Shown here: piece after piece, positions 13,281-26,091 of the stretch | How positions within the stretch are numbered: position 1 is the first letter of the stretch | Layout: each line of letters starts with the position of its first letter | Assembly: GCF_008831285.2 (NCBI RefSeq) | Contig: NC_045138.2 | Coordinates: forward strand, 24,242,001-24,306,000 | From: Nymphaea colorata | Taxonomy: Eukaryota | Length of the DNA stretch: 64,000 bases | Direction of reading: 5' to 3' | Notes under the pieces: model-generated | What the model saw: only the letters and a program-made list of their open reading frames with translations | Told to the model about the DNA's origin: nothing | Databases searched by the model: none | Program-made: the position numbers and the translations under genes

Positions 13281-16200
13281 TGCATCATGAGAATGGTCCA
13301 CACTCTACAGTTTTGCAGGTGCTGCTTCCGTGGACAAAATGAGCTGATCAAAGTCCCATTAATTTGTATAGAGATGCTGATTAATGTTGATGCGTAAGCA
13401 TGTCTAGCATTTCCATCGGAGAAAATCGAAAGAAGAAACAACATCCTGTTGCATATGCGACTCTATTGAAGACAGATTCTGCACCACTGCCATCTCTGAA
13501 CATGTAGACTTGATACGAAGAACTCTAGTTGGATGTTATCATGTCAACTCTAGTAAAAAATGAAATTGCTTCTTTTTATTGCCGCTGTTGGTGAAAGTTG
13601 TAAATACAGTAAATACTAATCCCGGAATTTTACATCTTTGAAAGTGGGCATTTGCCTGTGCAAGTCGGTCTAGTTACTAAATTAGTGAATTTTCTCAAAT
13701 CATTGAAATGTCTGTGAAATTGAAGAACATTATATATATGGTGGTAATGATAAAAATTATCAAATTATTATATTTTGAGTTTTAATTATGACAGATTTAT
13801 GATATTCAAGTTTAAAAAATGGTTGAACAATTGTCAGAAATATATAGAGCTGCTCATCATTTTCATGAAGAACTGAACCAGAAAGGAAGCTGAAATTTGG
13901 AGAAATGGAATGGAAAATGAAAAAAAAAATATTAAGAGTATAGCAGAAAAGGCCAGGGCAAGGTCTTATAAGCGGTCGTCATTAACAACAAGTGGCTTTC
14001 TTAGAATGACACGTTAGGAACATCTTATTGACATAATTCAAACACGTATCGGTTGACAGTTTGACGAATGTGACAGAATAGTTCAGTGAAAGAATACCAG
14101 CCAGCTGCAGCCAGCTAGTAGTACGAAACAGAACCTTGGTCGTCGATTTGCGTTAAGCCCGAAAAAGATGGATTCTATTTCAGCTGTTCCATGATCAAAT
14201 TGAACTTGATTTAGATCACATGTATTGAAGAAATAAAGGTCCTTCATTCAGTGGAATGCAAATTTAACGATCTTCTGGGTGTTTGTGGAGATCACAGAGG
14301 TTGATTCCCGAGAGCAGTTAATTGTAGCAGAATGTAAGTGAAAATCCAACCAGGAACAATGGCTGTGGTGTGCATCATCACAAACAACCTAGCAAGGCTC
14401 GGTATGCAGCTAAAGGGAATTACGAGCGTCTATGGGCATTGCAACAAGCAGCAAAAATGGGTGCCGACTCAGAAAGCAATAAGGTCGATTTCTTTTTGTG
14501 ATATGGTTGAAGAGCACCATGCCTCATTAGTTGGGCGTTCAGGTCAGCAACATCATGTCATCGTCTGTAGAGAATGCCATGGTCCCAGAGACCATGCCTT
14601 TGTTTATAGAGGGCCATATGGCGATCGACCAATTAAAATATCTACATGACATATTAATATAGTGATGGTGTTGAAAAAGGTTTAAAAATCTGCATCACAT
14701 GTTAATAGGGTGATGGTGTTAAAAAAGTTGTGGTTTGAGACGTCCAAGAAAACAGGGCAGATAATATCAGAATCTTGTCGATTTTGAGCATGAAGGCAGT
14801 GAAAGCTCAGTAAAATTGACCATGTGTGGCGTCCAACCTTTTTTTATCGTCTTTTTCAAGGAAGAGTTTTGCGTAGACAAGTAAACAGAGGCACTCTGTT
14901 TTTGTATACATGTACGATGCATGGGCCATGGCCTTTCGGCATATACAGTTCATAATTCATTTACAAGGTTGGATTTCCTTTACAGGTGAACTTTTATTGG
15001 GAACCAGAGTAGCACATACAGATCAACTTCTTTTAGAAAGAAGTCACGGTACATGGTTGATATGTGTCTCTCTCTATCTTTCATTCTTTATGAATTTCGG
15101 TTGGAGTAAAACAACGTGAAATAAGATAATCTGGTGCAAAGCTTTCAGCAAGTTTCCTGACAACAGATTCGATTGATAGGTCCTGAGCGTGTGTCACAGC
15201 AGTAGAGAATAAGGAGGAGAAATGAGAACAGAAAGAGCTGGGATCTGTCATGAGCCCAGGAATAAAATGCTTAGGTTCAGCCATTTCCGGCAATCTCGTC
15301 AACAATAACTGTAATTTTTTTGTTGTTGAAAAGATCCATACCCTATTAAAATGCACCGTTTATGACAACACATATTGTTTGATGTCGCAGCACACGCCTT
15401 TTGGGTCGCCTGGTTCTAAACGACAACCACTTGCTAGTGTCTATAGAGTTGGCATGAAAGAAGACAAGAGTTATTGATGATAAAGATGCTTTCAAGAACA
15501 ACGAAATATTAGGACTAACTTGACAGAATCAAATTAAATCCTAACATTTTAGATTCTGATTGCTTGTTATCCCGATGCATATGATGTAATAAAGCATATT
15601 TGAACTGATCATTGGTGGGCCATTAAGCAATCCCTTATTGGCTTCGAAGACAGAGCTAGCATGATGCTTAATCAAATAAATAATTGCAAAAATTTAGGTA
15701 ATTATTTCTGGACCAAATGTCATGCAATTAAAGTCTAAACAAAGCTCTGAAAATGAAAGGAAAGTGGAATATGAAAACTTGGGAGTCACAAAGGTTCTTT
15801 TCTCAGTTTGCTAGGCATATATAAAAGCAATAAAACCTAAGATATTTAATTTCTCATCCACGAACGCACGCCCCAGTGACTCACCCCACAAGTGGTACCC
15901 ATGAAAATCTAAAGTTCCTCAGCGGTATCAATTCTTTTTAAAAAAATTATAATACGTAAGACTATATTGAAACAAATTTTTGTATTAGAAAATTAAAAAA
16001 GTAAAATTTTAATGTATTTTTCTTCATACAAAAATGGTTCTGGATCGATTGCTGGGTCGGTGAGAGAGGGGCTCGCAATGTGAGAGTCATAATAATCTCT
16101 TTAGTTTCTTCTCAAAGGAAAACCAAACAAGGGCAATTTAGTCTTCTTCAAAGTCTTCTGATAGGGGTGGCCTTCGACCTCATCATTTAGGGGAGGGCAT

Positions 16201-16522
16201 TTTCGTCATTAAGAACACCGGCCGATCAGCTGAATTGATTGAGTGAGACGTAATCAATAATGTTGAGTTTTCACGGCCTCTGTTTATGTGACTTGTTCAA
16301 AACTCGTCCTCATGCCTTACTCCCCATCTCATTTGCCATTGGCTTATCACCGACATTTTCAGGTTACAAACAACTTTGTGAATAATATTCGGAACATTTT
16401 AATATTTTTCATCACCCAGATCTCTGCTTGTGTTGCAACGGGTTGCATAAATATATATAATATATATATATGGTTTTAGTCTATAAAAACAACATGTACT
16501 TGTCTTCTTCTCCACATCGAAG

Positions 16523-19015
16523 ATGAGTGTTGCAATGGACCACCTGGCCTCGTTCTTCTTGCTCTCAACTCTCTTCCTGGTAAGTTTTCATATCCACCTG
16601 CTGTCTCAACTCCATGTCCACGCTCTCAAATCTCTCCTTAGTTCTCTACTACATCTGAATAGTGAGACCTACACATGAGAAAACTTAGCGACATATGGCA
16701 GCATCCCACCGGCAACTCGCTCCTGTCTTCCCGCAAAGCTGCATGTGTACACACTATGCCATCAACCCGTCGGAATGATATTTTGAAAAACAAAACTTCA
16801 CCGCTTAATTTTTTGAAGTTAGTTTGACTCCTTCAAACAATTTGAAAGATGTAATGAGTTTTCTTTCATATCCAATATCCGATCTATAGTGATGAATGAG
16901 TGAGAAAAAAACAAAAAGAAAACATATATAAACTACACTTTTTTTTTCTTTTTGATTTTTCTCTCAACTGTCCATTATTATGATAGATAGAAACCTAACT
17001 CTGCCTTTATCATTTAGCAGTTTTTTTTTTTTCTTGGCACAAAGATTGTAGGGGTTAATACAATTAGATGGCTGTTGCTTTTTCTCGTCGCAGCATGTTG
17101 GAGCCACAAGCAATGGCTCCGTGATCATAAATGCTTACTGGAAGGAGGTCTTCCCCAGAACCACCATGCCCGATGCCATTCGAGCTCTCTTACCATCCTC
17201 TGCAAAGATATCAGGTTATCTCTTCAACATACTCTTTAATGTGTTAAAACCTTACTTGAAGATCAAAAAGCCTTTCAGGGAGTAGGCTTTGCCATCACAA
17301 TTTCATATATGGGGCCAAAATTGAGGGGAAAATGTTTTTGTTAATGATATGCGCATTATCGACAATATCAAGAGCCTAATTAGGCTCGCTCCTGGATTAT
17401 CTTCACTACATTTTTAATTTTTTTTTTCTTTACGTGATCGCCGCTAGCTCTAGCTCGAACCCCGCCTGTTAATCAGAAAACTACAATATGGTACGCATCT
17501 CTACGGTAGGCAAACACATTGAATATGTGATGTATATAAAGTATAAACTACATTATGGCATCTCTACAAAATACGTGTACAAATAAACTTCATTATGACA
17601 CCATGTTATATTCTGTCTGCATCCAGTGGCGTGTCGATATTAAGCATTTAAAGAATCAAATGACATTTAAATGAAGGTTATAATTGTCAAATTTAGGTTA
17701 TATGTAATTGTCTAAGGTGTAGAAATATATCGTTTATAAGGTTCATCCATGTTTGTGGGCCAACCAAAGTAGTTTTCGATAAACCCACTATATAAATATC
17801 CTTGAAATATTCAACATTATATGATTAGAAAGAAGCGATAAAATCTAATGGGCAGACTCAATTTTATGAACCTATTATCCTACTACGTACAGTTAAATAT
17901 TTGATCTACGTACATACGAAACAGATTTTTGGACATTTCTGATCCTATAGTTCAAAAAAATCCGAGCATGGTTGTTCGTATAGTTAGATCTATGCAAAAG
18001 TAATAACTTGACTTTTAGTTCATCTTTCACTCCACCTTTCTCGGTATAGCATTTTCTTTTATCAAGAAGAATGAGAGAGATAGAAATAAAGATCAGGTTG
18101 GTGTTACTCAAGATTTAATGTCACAGGAGTAAAAGCTCAAATTTATATGGAGCCAAGAAAATGACAAGGTTTACTGCAGATCTTGTTCGTCGTGATGTGA
18201 TCAACAATCACCACCCCGTGGAATCGAAAGAGGCTGGCCGTGCTTACTGTCCTTGGTGTAACACGTGGGGCGGAATTGGGCGTGGCCATGGCTCAAACAC
18301 CTTCAATCTAAGCGATGACTGGTCTAAGCGCAATCGGTCGCCGGAGCTCGCACCTCTGTACTTCCTTAGGAAAGACCTGCTGCCTGGTAGCAAGATGAAC
18401 GTCACCATGACGATCAGCCCCGTGGCAGATCGTGGTGAACCAACCTTCTTGCCATGCCAACAAGCTCAAGCAATTCCCTTCTCATCCTCTAATCTCGCTA
18501 CCATCCTTGAGATGTTCTCCATTGAACCCCACTCTGAGCATGCATCTCTTGCAAGGGAAACTCTGGATGATTGTGAGACGCCGGCACTGAAAGGAGAACT
18601 CAAGTATTGTGCAACATCATTGGAATCCATGATCGATTTTGCCGTCGCCGAATTCGGTACCAATGAGATTCACGCGGCGGTCACTTCTGTCGTAAACAGA
18701 GACGAGGAAGTGAAGGCCAGAACTTACAAGGTAGGTGTTGGTGGGGGGAGGGTGATGTCCCGTAAAGTGGTGACTTGCCACAACATGATGTTTCCTTATG
18801 CAGTGTTTTACTGCCACAATTTAGCATGGACAAGGGCATACATGGTTCCGTTGGTTGCTGAAGATGGTAGTCGAGTGAACGCCATTGCTTTGTGTCATTT
18901 TGATACATCAAACTGGAACCCCGGGCATGCCAGCTTCCGGGTGTTGGGCGTGAAACCAGGAACTGTTCCCATTTGCCACTTCATTCTGAAGGATCTTGCT
19001 TGGGTCCCCAACTGA
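16523..19015 (+). CDS. Intact secreted BURP-domain protein (RD22/BURP3-like architecture), copy 2 (exons 16523-16579, 17094-17214, 18180-19015)
   Basis: TATAAAA at 16482. Signal peptide MSVAMDHLASFFLLSTLFL|HVGA and pro-segment YWKEVFPRTTMPDAI. The BURP domain has KYCATSLESMIDF and all four CH motifs (CH-X10-CH-X25-CH-X25-CH-X7-W). Splice phases are consistent. Confidence 0.93.
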
Positions 19016-19435
19016 TGGATGAACACTTGTATCATGTATGCTACCTCCACATAGAGTTTAGTATGCTAGTAGTATCTCCCAGTGTTGAAGTAGAATAAAC
19101 ATGAGATTGATCATGGTGTTGGATTAATTCCTTTTTGTGCTCACAAGATCAAATTGCTAAAAGCGGAAGACAGAAGGAGAAATAATAACTTTGTCCCACG
19201 ACAAAATGTTCTATTAGGTAGGCCTTGAGACACTTAAAGCTTGTCTACAAACCACACTTTGCCACACTGGAGCGGACATTTTTCACCTTGCATGTTCCAT
19301 TTAATTTGCTTAGAAAACGAAGGAAAATCATAGTCTAATGAGGCATGCATCACAGTCTCTTGAAATTCATTTCGAAATCAATCCGTCTCAAGTTTTCTTT
19401 CATGAGAAATCATGTACTATAGATGAGGGATCATA

Positions 19436-19610
19436 CAGTGGGAACTAGGTGTGGGCTTGCATGGGCAATTGCATCAAATCTGCATAATTTATCTTACTTA
19501 CATATAATTAGTTCATCTACACGATTTAGCTTGTTATTTGTTGTTGCTTCTCAAATCTAAGAAGTCTTTGTTAGTGCCCCTCAGCTGTCAAATTTCTGGC
19601 TCTGTCGCTG
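19436..19610. mobile_element. MITE-like element, family copy 2 (opposite orientation to 7459-7635)
   Basis: CAGTGGGGAACTAGGTGTGGGC...AAATTTCTGGCTCTGTCGCTG. Ends match the reverse complement of the 7459-7635 ends. Confidence 0.5.
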
Positions 19611-20739
19611 GTTCATGTACAGAAGGAATCTACGATAAACACTGCAGTCTGATTCTGCAAAGGCGTGGGTTTCATTGCTTATACAAAAGGCATTCTAGGC
19701 ATCTCCTTCTTTTATGGGTATTTTTAGTATTTATACTCACGATTCAACCAAAGCAGGCATTCATAACTTGCAGATGGGGATGTGGTTCAAATTAAGACTA
19801 AGCAAAGAGCTTGTAGTGCAGGCGCAGCGTCATTACTTAGTTTTGCTAAAGATGTTGTCCTTGATTTTTGAGCAGTTCCCTTCTCAAGAACCAATTGTGC
19901 AGAGAGGAAGAGGAGTACTCACAAAAGGAAGTAGCAAATATCAGTTTATCGTAAACTACACCTCCCATGACCATGAGCCCAACTTGCAGTTATTTTTCCT
20001 GCATCAAAAGAATTGAAAATGTTTTCTAAGGATATCCACTTCATTCGACAAAAAAAATATCATCTGCTATGGCCATTTTTTCCCTAATTTGGTAGGAAAG
20101 CTACTCCTAATTAAACCTAAAAGATCTTCTTCCGACCCGGATGCACATTTTTCTTTTTTAAGCAATATTAAATGGTCTGTAGCCATGAAATTCTGAAGTT
20201 CGAGAGCCCTATCATTTTTCACAACGACAATATATAATTTTATACTGGAAAGCTTTAAAACCTAAACTTTTGATGTTGTTTTCTTTGTATAAATATGAGG
20301 ATGTTAATGTCTTATAGTCATTTTCTCATTTACATATATCAGTGCTTTTCAAATGTTTAAAAGGAGAAATTTCTGGTTCCACTATCAGTTCAAAATTCAA
20401 ATTTGAATTCGGACATAAATGTAAAGATTAGTTTCGGATCAGATTCAGATTGTGAAATCGGATTTCAGATTCAGATATACCTGTTATTTATTTACATTCG
20501 AATCCGAATTTGAACCTAAATACGTGAATGCCCAAAAAATGGATACAATTAATGATATATCCAATTCATCATTCTAAATAATTAAGCCAGTTATAAGAGT
20601 AAGGAGAATCATATGAGAAAATTGTTTATGTTTATACTTTTCTCTTTTTTAACCTTTACATTTCTATCTAAACTATTATTGAGAAAAAATTACATTACAT
20701 TTTTATTTACTCTTTCCAAATTCACATTGCTTACTGAAA

Positions 20740-21025
20740 GCAGGCGCTCATGACAGTTCTACTTCTACCGCATAGTTTGTAGGATAAGGACCAGAGTCCA
20801 ACATCTGAGTGAACATCCAAGTTGTGGGCATGCACAGGCTGGGAACTGCGAGTATCAAGGCAGCCCACTTAATTGAGGCATATTGTCAAACAGTCTGCGA
20901 GCACAGGGAAATAGATTGTCGTTAATGCCTGTGTCAATCATGGCAGTCACGGACTCAAAAACAGCTGAATCTATCTCTTTGCCTTCCAGCAACAAAGGGA
21001 TCACTGCTTCTCTAAGCTCTAGCCA
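20740..21025 (-). pseudogene. Degenerate PLS-class pentatricopeptide-repeat gene fragment
   Basis: Minus-strand pieces in shifting frames: ELREAVIPLLLEGKEIDSA, ARRLFDNMP, WAALI, MFTQMLDSGPYPTNY, MSAC. Confidence 0.6.
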
Positions 21026-22023
21026 TTGTAAAGCCTAAGTCATGGTCATTGCAGAACCTTTCTTATGATAGCTGCACCCTGCATCTTCTCGGCAGGAATG
21101 AAATTGGATGCCAATCTCTGGAAATTCATGATCGACTACAGGAGTGCTTATAGAAGTTGATACTAGCAGCAGGACATGACGGAGGAGAGGCCAGATATGT
21201 CATGTGTGTGTGCGTGTGCAAGAGACATAGAGAAGAAGCGGGCTGTTTTCGATGGCATGTTTGAATTCTTCAGTAAATTGTGCTTAACCAGATTCTTTAT
21301 GGAATTTAGAAAAGGAAGCTAGAAAATTAAATCCTTTCCTAAACGAGCAAACGGTGCGTGACCTCGATGAGGGATTAGGTATGTAATAGACTGGATATGG
21401 AAAAAAAAAAAAAGAGAGTAAATCTTAAGATTGAACTGCTAATATTGGGGATACAGTTTTTTAAGTGAATTTGAATCTTAAGTCTATTATGTTATTAAAA
21501 TTCAACAAAAATTGACCTACTCGTTTATTTATAAATTTCAAATCGTATACTAGTTGAATAAAAATTGGGTTTTCAGAAATTAGATTTGAATTTCAATCCT
21601 AATTCGATTCCAATTAGATGTGCTTGAAATATTCAAGCAGTATATGATTAGAAAAAAAAAAGTTGCAAAATGTGTACATTCAAGGTGTAGATGTTTAAGT
21701 TTTGCTAATAAATTTGAGGTCGTACCCCTCGGCATGTATTTTTCGGAATTTTATGAGCCTAGGATCCCGCTACAGTTAAATACGTATCGAAATTTCGAAA
21801 TATCGTAGTTTTATTAAAAAAAATCCTGCATTTTTTATAACTAGATTTACTCAAGACAACACCTTGGCTTTTGGTTTTTCTTTCCTGCCAGCTTACTTAA
21901 TATTACATTTCATTTTTTAGAAAGAGAGAGTGATTCGCCGTCCGATGAATAACAGCCCAAATTTATCGGGAGCCAACAAAATAATAAGATTAATGACCAA
22001 CCGGTCTTTTTAATCCACTGCAG

Positions 22024-22985
22024 GTTTTATCAACAACTACCACCTCCTGAAGTGAAATGGAATGCCGATCACCCTGTTTGTCCTTATATTGCAAACCATG
22101 GGACGTCAAACACCTGCGATCTAATCAGCCCTGACTCGTCCAAGCTCAATTGGTCACCGGAAGAAGATCTGCAGCCTGGTAGTAAACCATGATGATCAGC
22201 CCCGTAGCAGAAGATCATGCTTCTAGTGGCGAGCCAACCTTCTTGCCACGCAAACAAGCTTTTCCCACCCTTAATTATTTTACATGAACATGTATAAGTC
22301 TAGACAAGTTGCCAGTGGATGAAGGGATTGATCCCTTGAAGTCGACAATGGACATACTAACAGCAACCCTTTCGAGGACTAACAAGTCTGGCCTGGAGTC
22401 GGCCATGTGAACCATCTTAATGCAAGCATAATCAGTCTCTCAGTGTTGCATCTCTCATTTTACGTCTCGAGTCTGGTGGCAAAGTGGCCACAGTGGTGAG
22501 CCCTGCAAAAAATTGAGGGTAAGATAAGGTTGGTTGCAGACCTCACGTCTTGCCTCGCCAAGAAGTTGAAGCAATTCCATTCTCAACCTCCCCATACCAC
22601 TGCCATCCTTAAGATGTCATCCACAATTGTATCTGACTCCTGCCATGCATCTCCTACAAGGCAACTGCTTGAAGACTATTGTGAGGTCCCACTACTGAAG
22701 CGGGAAGCCAGATGCTGAGCATCATCACCGGAGTCCATGACGCAACGTGGTCGACCAATTCCGAACCACTGGCGTTCATATGATGATGACCACTTCCCTC
22801 ACTTTTCCTGCTAACACAGAGGAGAAGGTGCAGGAAAGGGCACACATCTTAGCTGCAGATGGGTGGAAGGTGATCTCTGTGAAGATAGAGGCCCACTTCT
22901 ACCTGGCACAATCTACTAGAGACGAGCACCACACATGCATGGTTCCACTGGTTGCAGATGATGGTAGCAGAATGAACGCCACAGG
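22024..22985 (+). pseudogene. BURP-domain pseudogene fragments (22024-22260 and more decayed 22545-22985)
   Basis: After a CAG acceptor: INNYH..KWNADHPVCPYIANHGTSNTCDL..NWSPEEDLQPGSK..EPTFLPRKQA. Then LPRQEVEAIPFS..LEDYCEVPLLK..MVPLVADDGSRMNA with stops and frameshifts. Upstream intron sequence resembles that of copies 1 and 2. Confidence 0.85.
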
Positions 22986-25570
22986 AAAACAATGTTCATA
23001 ACAAGAGAAGTTTTTTGACTTTTCTTTATCATGATATGGAAACCACCTAGCTTTTCGAATTGCCTGAACTTGCAGCCGTAGTAGGTGCATATCTATCATG
23101 CTCTGTTCTGGTTTTACATTGATGAAGATGATCTAGGTGTCCATTGTTCCCCAACAGGAGAATATTTTCATGGCTTGAATTGCGCCCTTAGGATGCATAC
23201 CTCATCTACTAGAATTTGATGTCTAAAAAGAAGTTGGGTACTAGAAGACTTAAACATATGAAAATAATCGGGGAGGAACAGACTTCTGAACTTTCTGATT
23301 ATTTTCTGCGTTTCGTTAGAAGTGTCTCCCCAACCACTCTGTGTCTATTAATCTGGGCTTCATCTACTTCTAATAAAAATTAAAACAAGAAAATCTGCAT
23401 TTTACGAGGATCTGTTGTTATCCAATAGAACTTGAGATTATGAATAAACACCTTGAATTGGTGACTCCCTAGTTTTGTTAAAGAAGACCAAAGATGAAAG
23501 ATTAATGACCGTGCGTGGCCAAAATCCTCAATTTGGTAAGAAGCAGAAGCAAGCTCGTAAGCCCACAGAACTTCAATTATAGGCGTTAAGTGAAGATGAA
23601 TTGCTGCACAACTAAAATAGGAGACGGGGTTAACTGAAAATGCTGCATTCTGTTTCCGCAGAGAGGCCACCTCGAGTGTGATTTCTCTCTCTAAAATAAT
23701 GGTACTGACAAATGTTAAGAAAAACATTAACAAATGAGGATGCGGCGACACTTGGCATTGGAAATGGATGGTTGTTGCTGTCAGCAAAATCTCTTTCACA
23801 CAGAGAGAGAGCGTTCTATAGCTGCCATGATTTTCTGAACAACCAGTATCGTTCTGTCCTTGGTTTGCGAAAGCAGACAAGTGATACCATTTTCTTCAAC
23901 TTGGTCGTTGATTAGAAAGCTACCACTTTTACCTTGACCCCTCACACGGCCCTCCACTCATTACGCTCTCATGATTGAGGGACCATTTGTTGGTGCAGCT
24001 CATAACTCTGCCTTTTCGTCGGAGCAGCCCCCTCTGGTTCAGAAGGTGAAATGCCCATCAGATTCTCGGTCCTGCGACAGAGAAGACACGCTGATCGTTA
24101 AGTATTAAGCTCTAAATCTTCTTCATTCTTCAACCTAAAATCTTTAACACAAACTAACCAGCATTCTTGCCACATACACTCACACAGTTTCCTCTCTGCT
24201 TCGGATTCGCTTCACACCGTTTCTCCAGTTACTCATAAGTCATAACTCAGGCCAACGTAACTTTTTTTTCATAAATATTTGCTCCCTCGTGTCGCTTCAC
24301 ATGCCCTTTTCAATTATTCCCAAGTTTTCCGCTTGGTCTATCGATGGATCTATCGTGATAGGGCTCAATTATGTCCATTTGCCGACTGGTTGATCCTTGG
24401 AACAATCTATCATTGGCACATCTGTGGAAAATTTTTTTGACTAAAGAATGTTAGGCCTTGCTTTTTACATGATTGGTTTCCTGTCACAAGCAAGGAATCT
24501 TGGGCGTTTTCTAATGCGATGTTTATCCAATGTCGTAAGAAGTAGGCTGAATGCAGAAGATCTGTTTGTGAACTGAATCAGCCAAGTTGCTGATCCATTC
24601 AGCTAACTTCTTAATAAAATCGACCAAAATATTAATAATATTATTTTCTAAAATAAATGAAGTAATACATTAAAATTAAGAAATTTCTTAAATATATTAA
24701 AAATAGTTGAACATTGACAGGTGGCACTCATGAACCAGCCAGATAACCAAATCAGTTGGCGACTGATTTAATTCAAACACACCAATCCTGGCTGACCATG
24801 CTATCAATGCTAGTTGAGTTCTTTTTTTTTTGCATAGGTGCTTCTTTTGTCCATTTCTATTTCAAATATCGCCTTTGCCAAACTACCTAATTTGGACCTT
24901 CAGCGGATAGGGGTAGCCCTTTCACTCACGTGGTAGGATTGTCTCTCGTTCACATGAGCCCTAATGTATTAATGAAGACCGTAGGATTTGAACCTCGAAT
25001 CCCTTGGATGTAGCATTACGCCGATACACTTTCAGTTTTTCCAAATGAATGAGAATTTGGTTTGTACGTTTTGAACTTGTCATATATGGTGAGAGTGAGT
25101 TGTTCAAACGGCCAAAGAATAAGTTGGAAAACGATTCAGGGGGAAATGCCAAACACCAGCCACCGGAACCATGTGACGACACCCACAAATGGTGATAGAG
25201 AGAGAACCGCAAGGCTCGTTACGGCAATTGCCCTTTTAGTTGTATTTATATATTAGCAAGTCTTTTTCTTCTTTATAATGAGGAAAGGAATCTTTCCTCC
25301 TCTACCACTTAGGCTTACCAATAAAATTTAGTCAACAAACCACATGGATCTAATAAATGGCATCCTTTAGATTTAATTTAGTGTTTTCTTAACTTTATGC
25401 AGAAGTTAAATTATATTTGGCAGTTGACTGTTGAGACAACTCAAATAATGGTTGTTATTCATCTATTCATAAGTGCTCAACAAACTATTCGTATTAAGAG
25501 AGAAACATTTAAAAGTTGTACAAATAACAGAACACTATGTATCCAGATGAATCTTGCATGTAGCTTCATG

Positions 25571-25572
<2 letters not shown>

Positions 25573-25641
<69 letters not shown>
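25573..25641. repeat. (AT)n microsatellite
   Basis: About 34 uninterrupted AT units. Confidence 0.98.
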
Positions 25642-25646
<5 letters not shown>

Positions 25647-25855
25647 GTGGGAGCCAGCATACACACACATGAGTACATGCCATTATTTCTTAAAATGTTT
25701 TACTGGAGGTTAGGCTTTGAACACATGCCATTATTTCATAAAATGCCCTAATGAAGGTTAGGCCTCCTACCTTTATGTCTATATAGAATGAATTTACAAA
25801 AAATGAGCAACACATGCCATTATTTTAGTGCTCCACAAGAACCTTACATTACACC

Positions 25856-26091
25856 TAGGCCTGGGCATCGGGCCGGCTCGGCTCGATAAGAGTCCGGTCC
25901 AGGGTGGCCCAATGTCTGAAAAACTCGAGCTTGGGTCTGGGTCGGCCAATGTGAGCCCGGTTAAAATAAAAAAAATATTTTTTAAAATATAAAATAAATT
26001 TTTTTGAATGAAAATTTATCGGGCCGACCCTCGTGAGATACATTATGGGGCTGGCCTGAGCCCGATAGGGCCGGCCCGATGCCCACCTGTA
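25856..26091. mobile_element. MITE with perfect 16-bp inverted repeats
   Basis: TGGGCATCGGGCCGGC (25862-25877) and GCCGGCCCGATGCCCA (26070-26085), with GC-rich subterminal repeats and an AT-rich centre. No clear TSD. Confidence 0.8.

Noticed and set aside
14338..14649. 103-aa ORF with faint PPR-like words (EHHASLVGRSG)
   Set aside because: Motif spacing is not convincing; could be chance.
23380..23915. Kinase-like words (IEDFGHAR on minus, VVAVSK on plus)
   Set aside because: They lie on opposite strands with no other kinase subdomains.
24960..25050. Pol III B-box-like GGTTCAAATCC on the minus strand (tRNA/SINE?)
   Set aside because: No clear A-box or cloverleaf.
25397..25751. ORFs with (YI)n runs
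   Set aside because: Artefacts of the (AT)n microsatellite.
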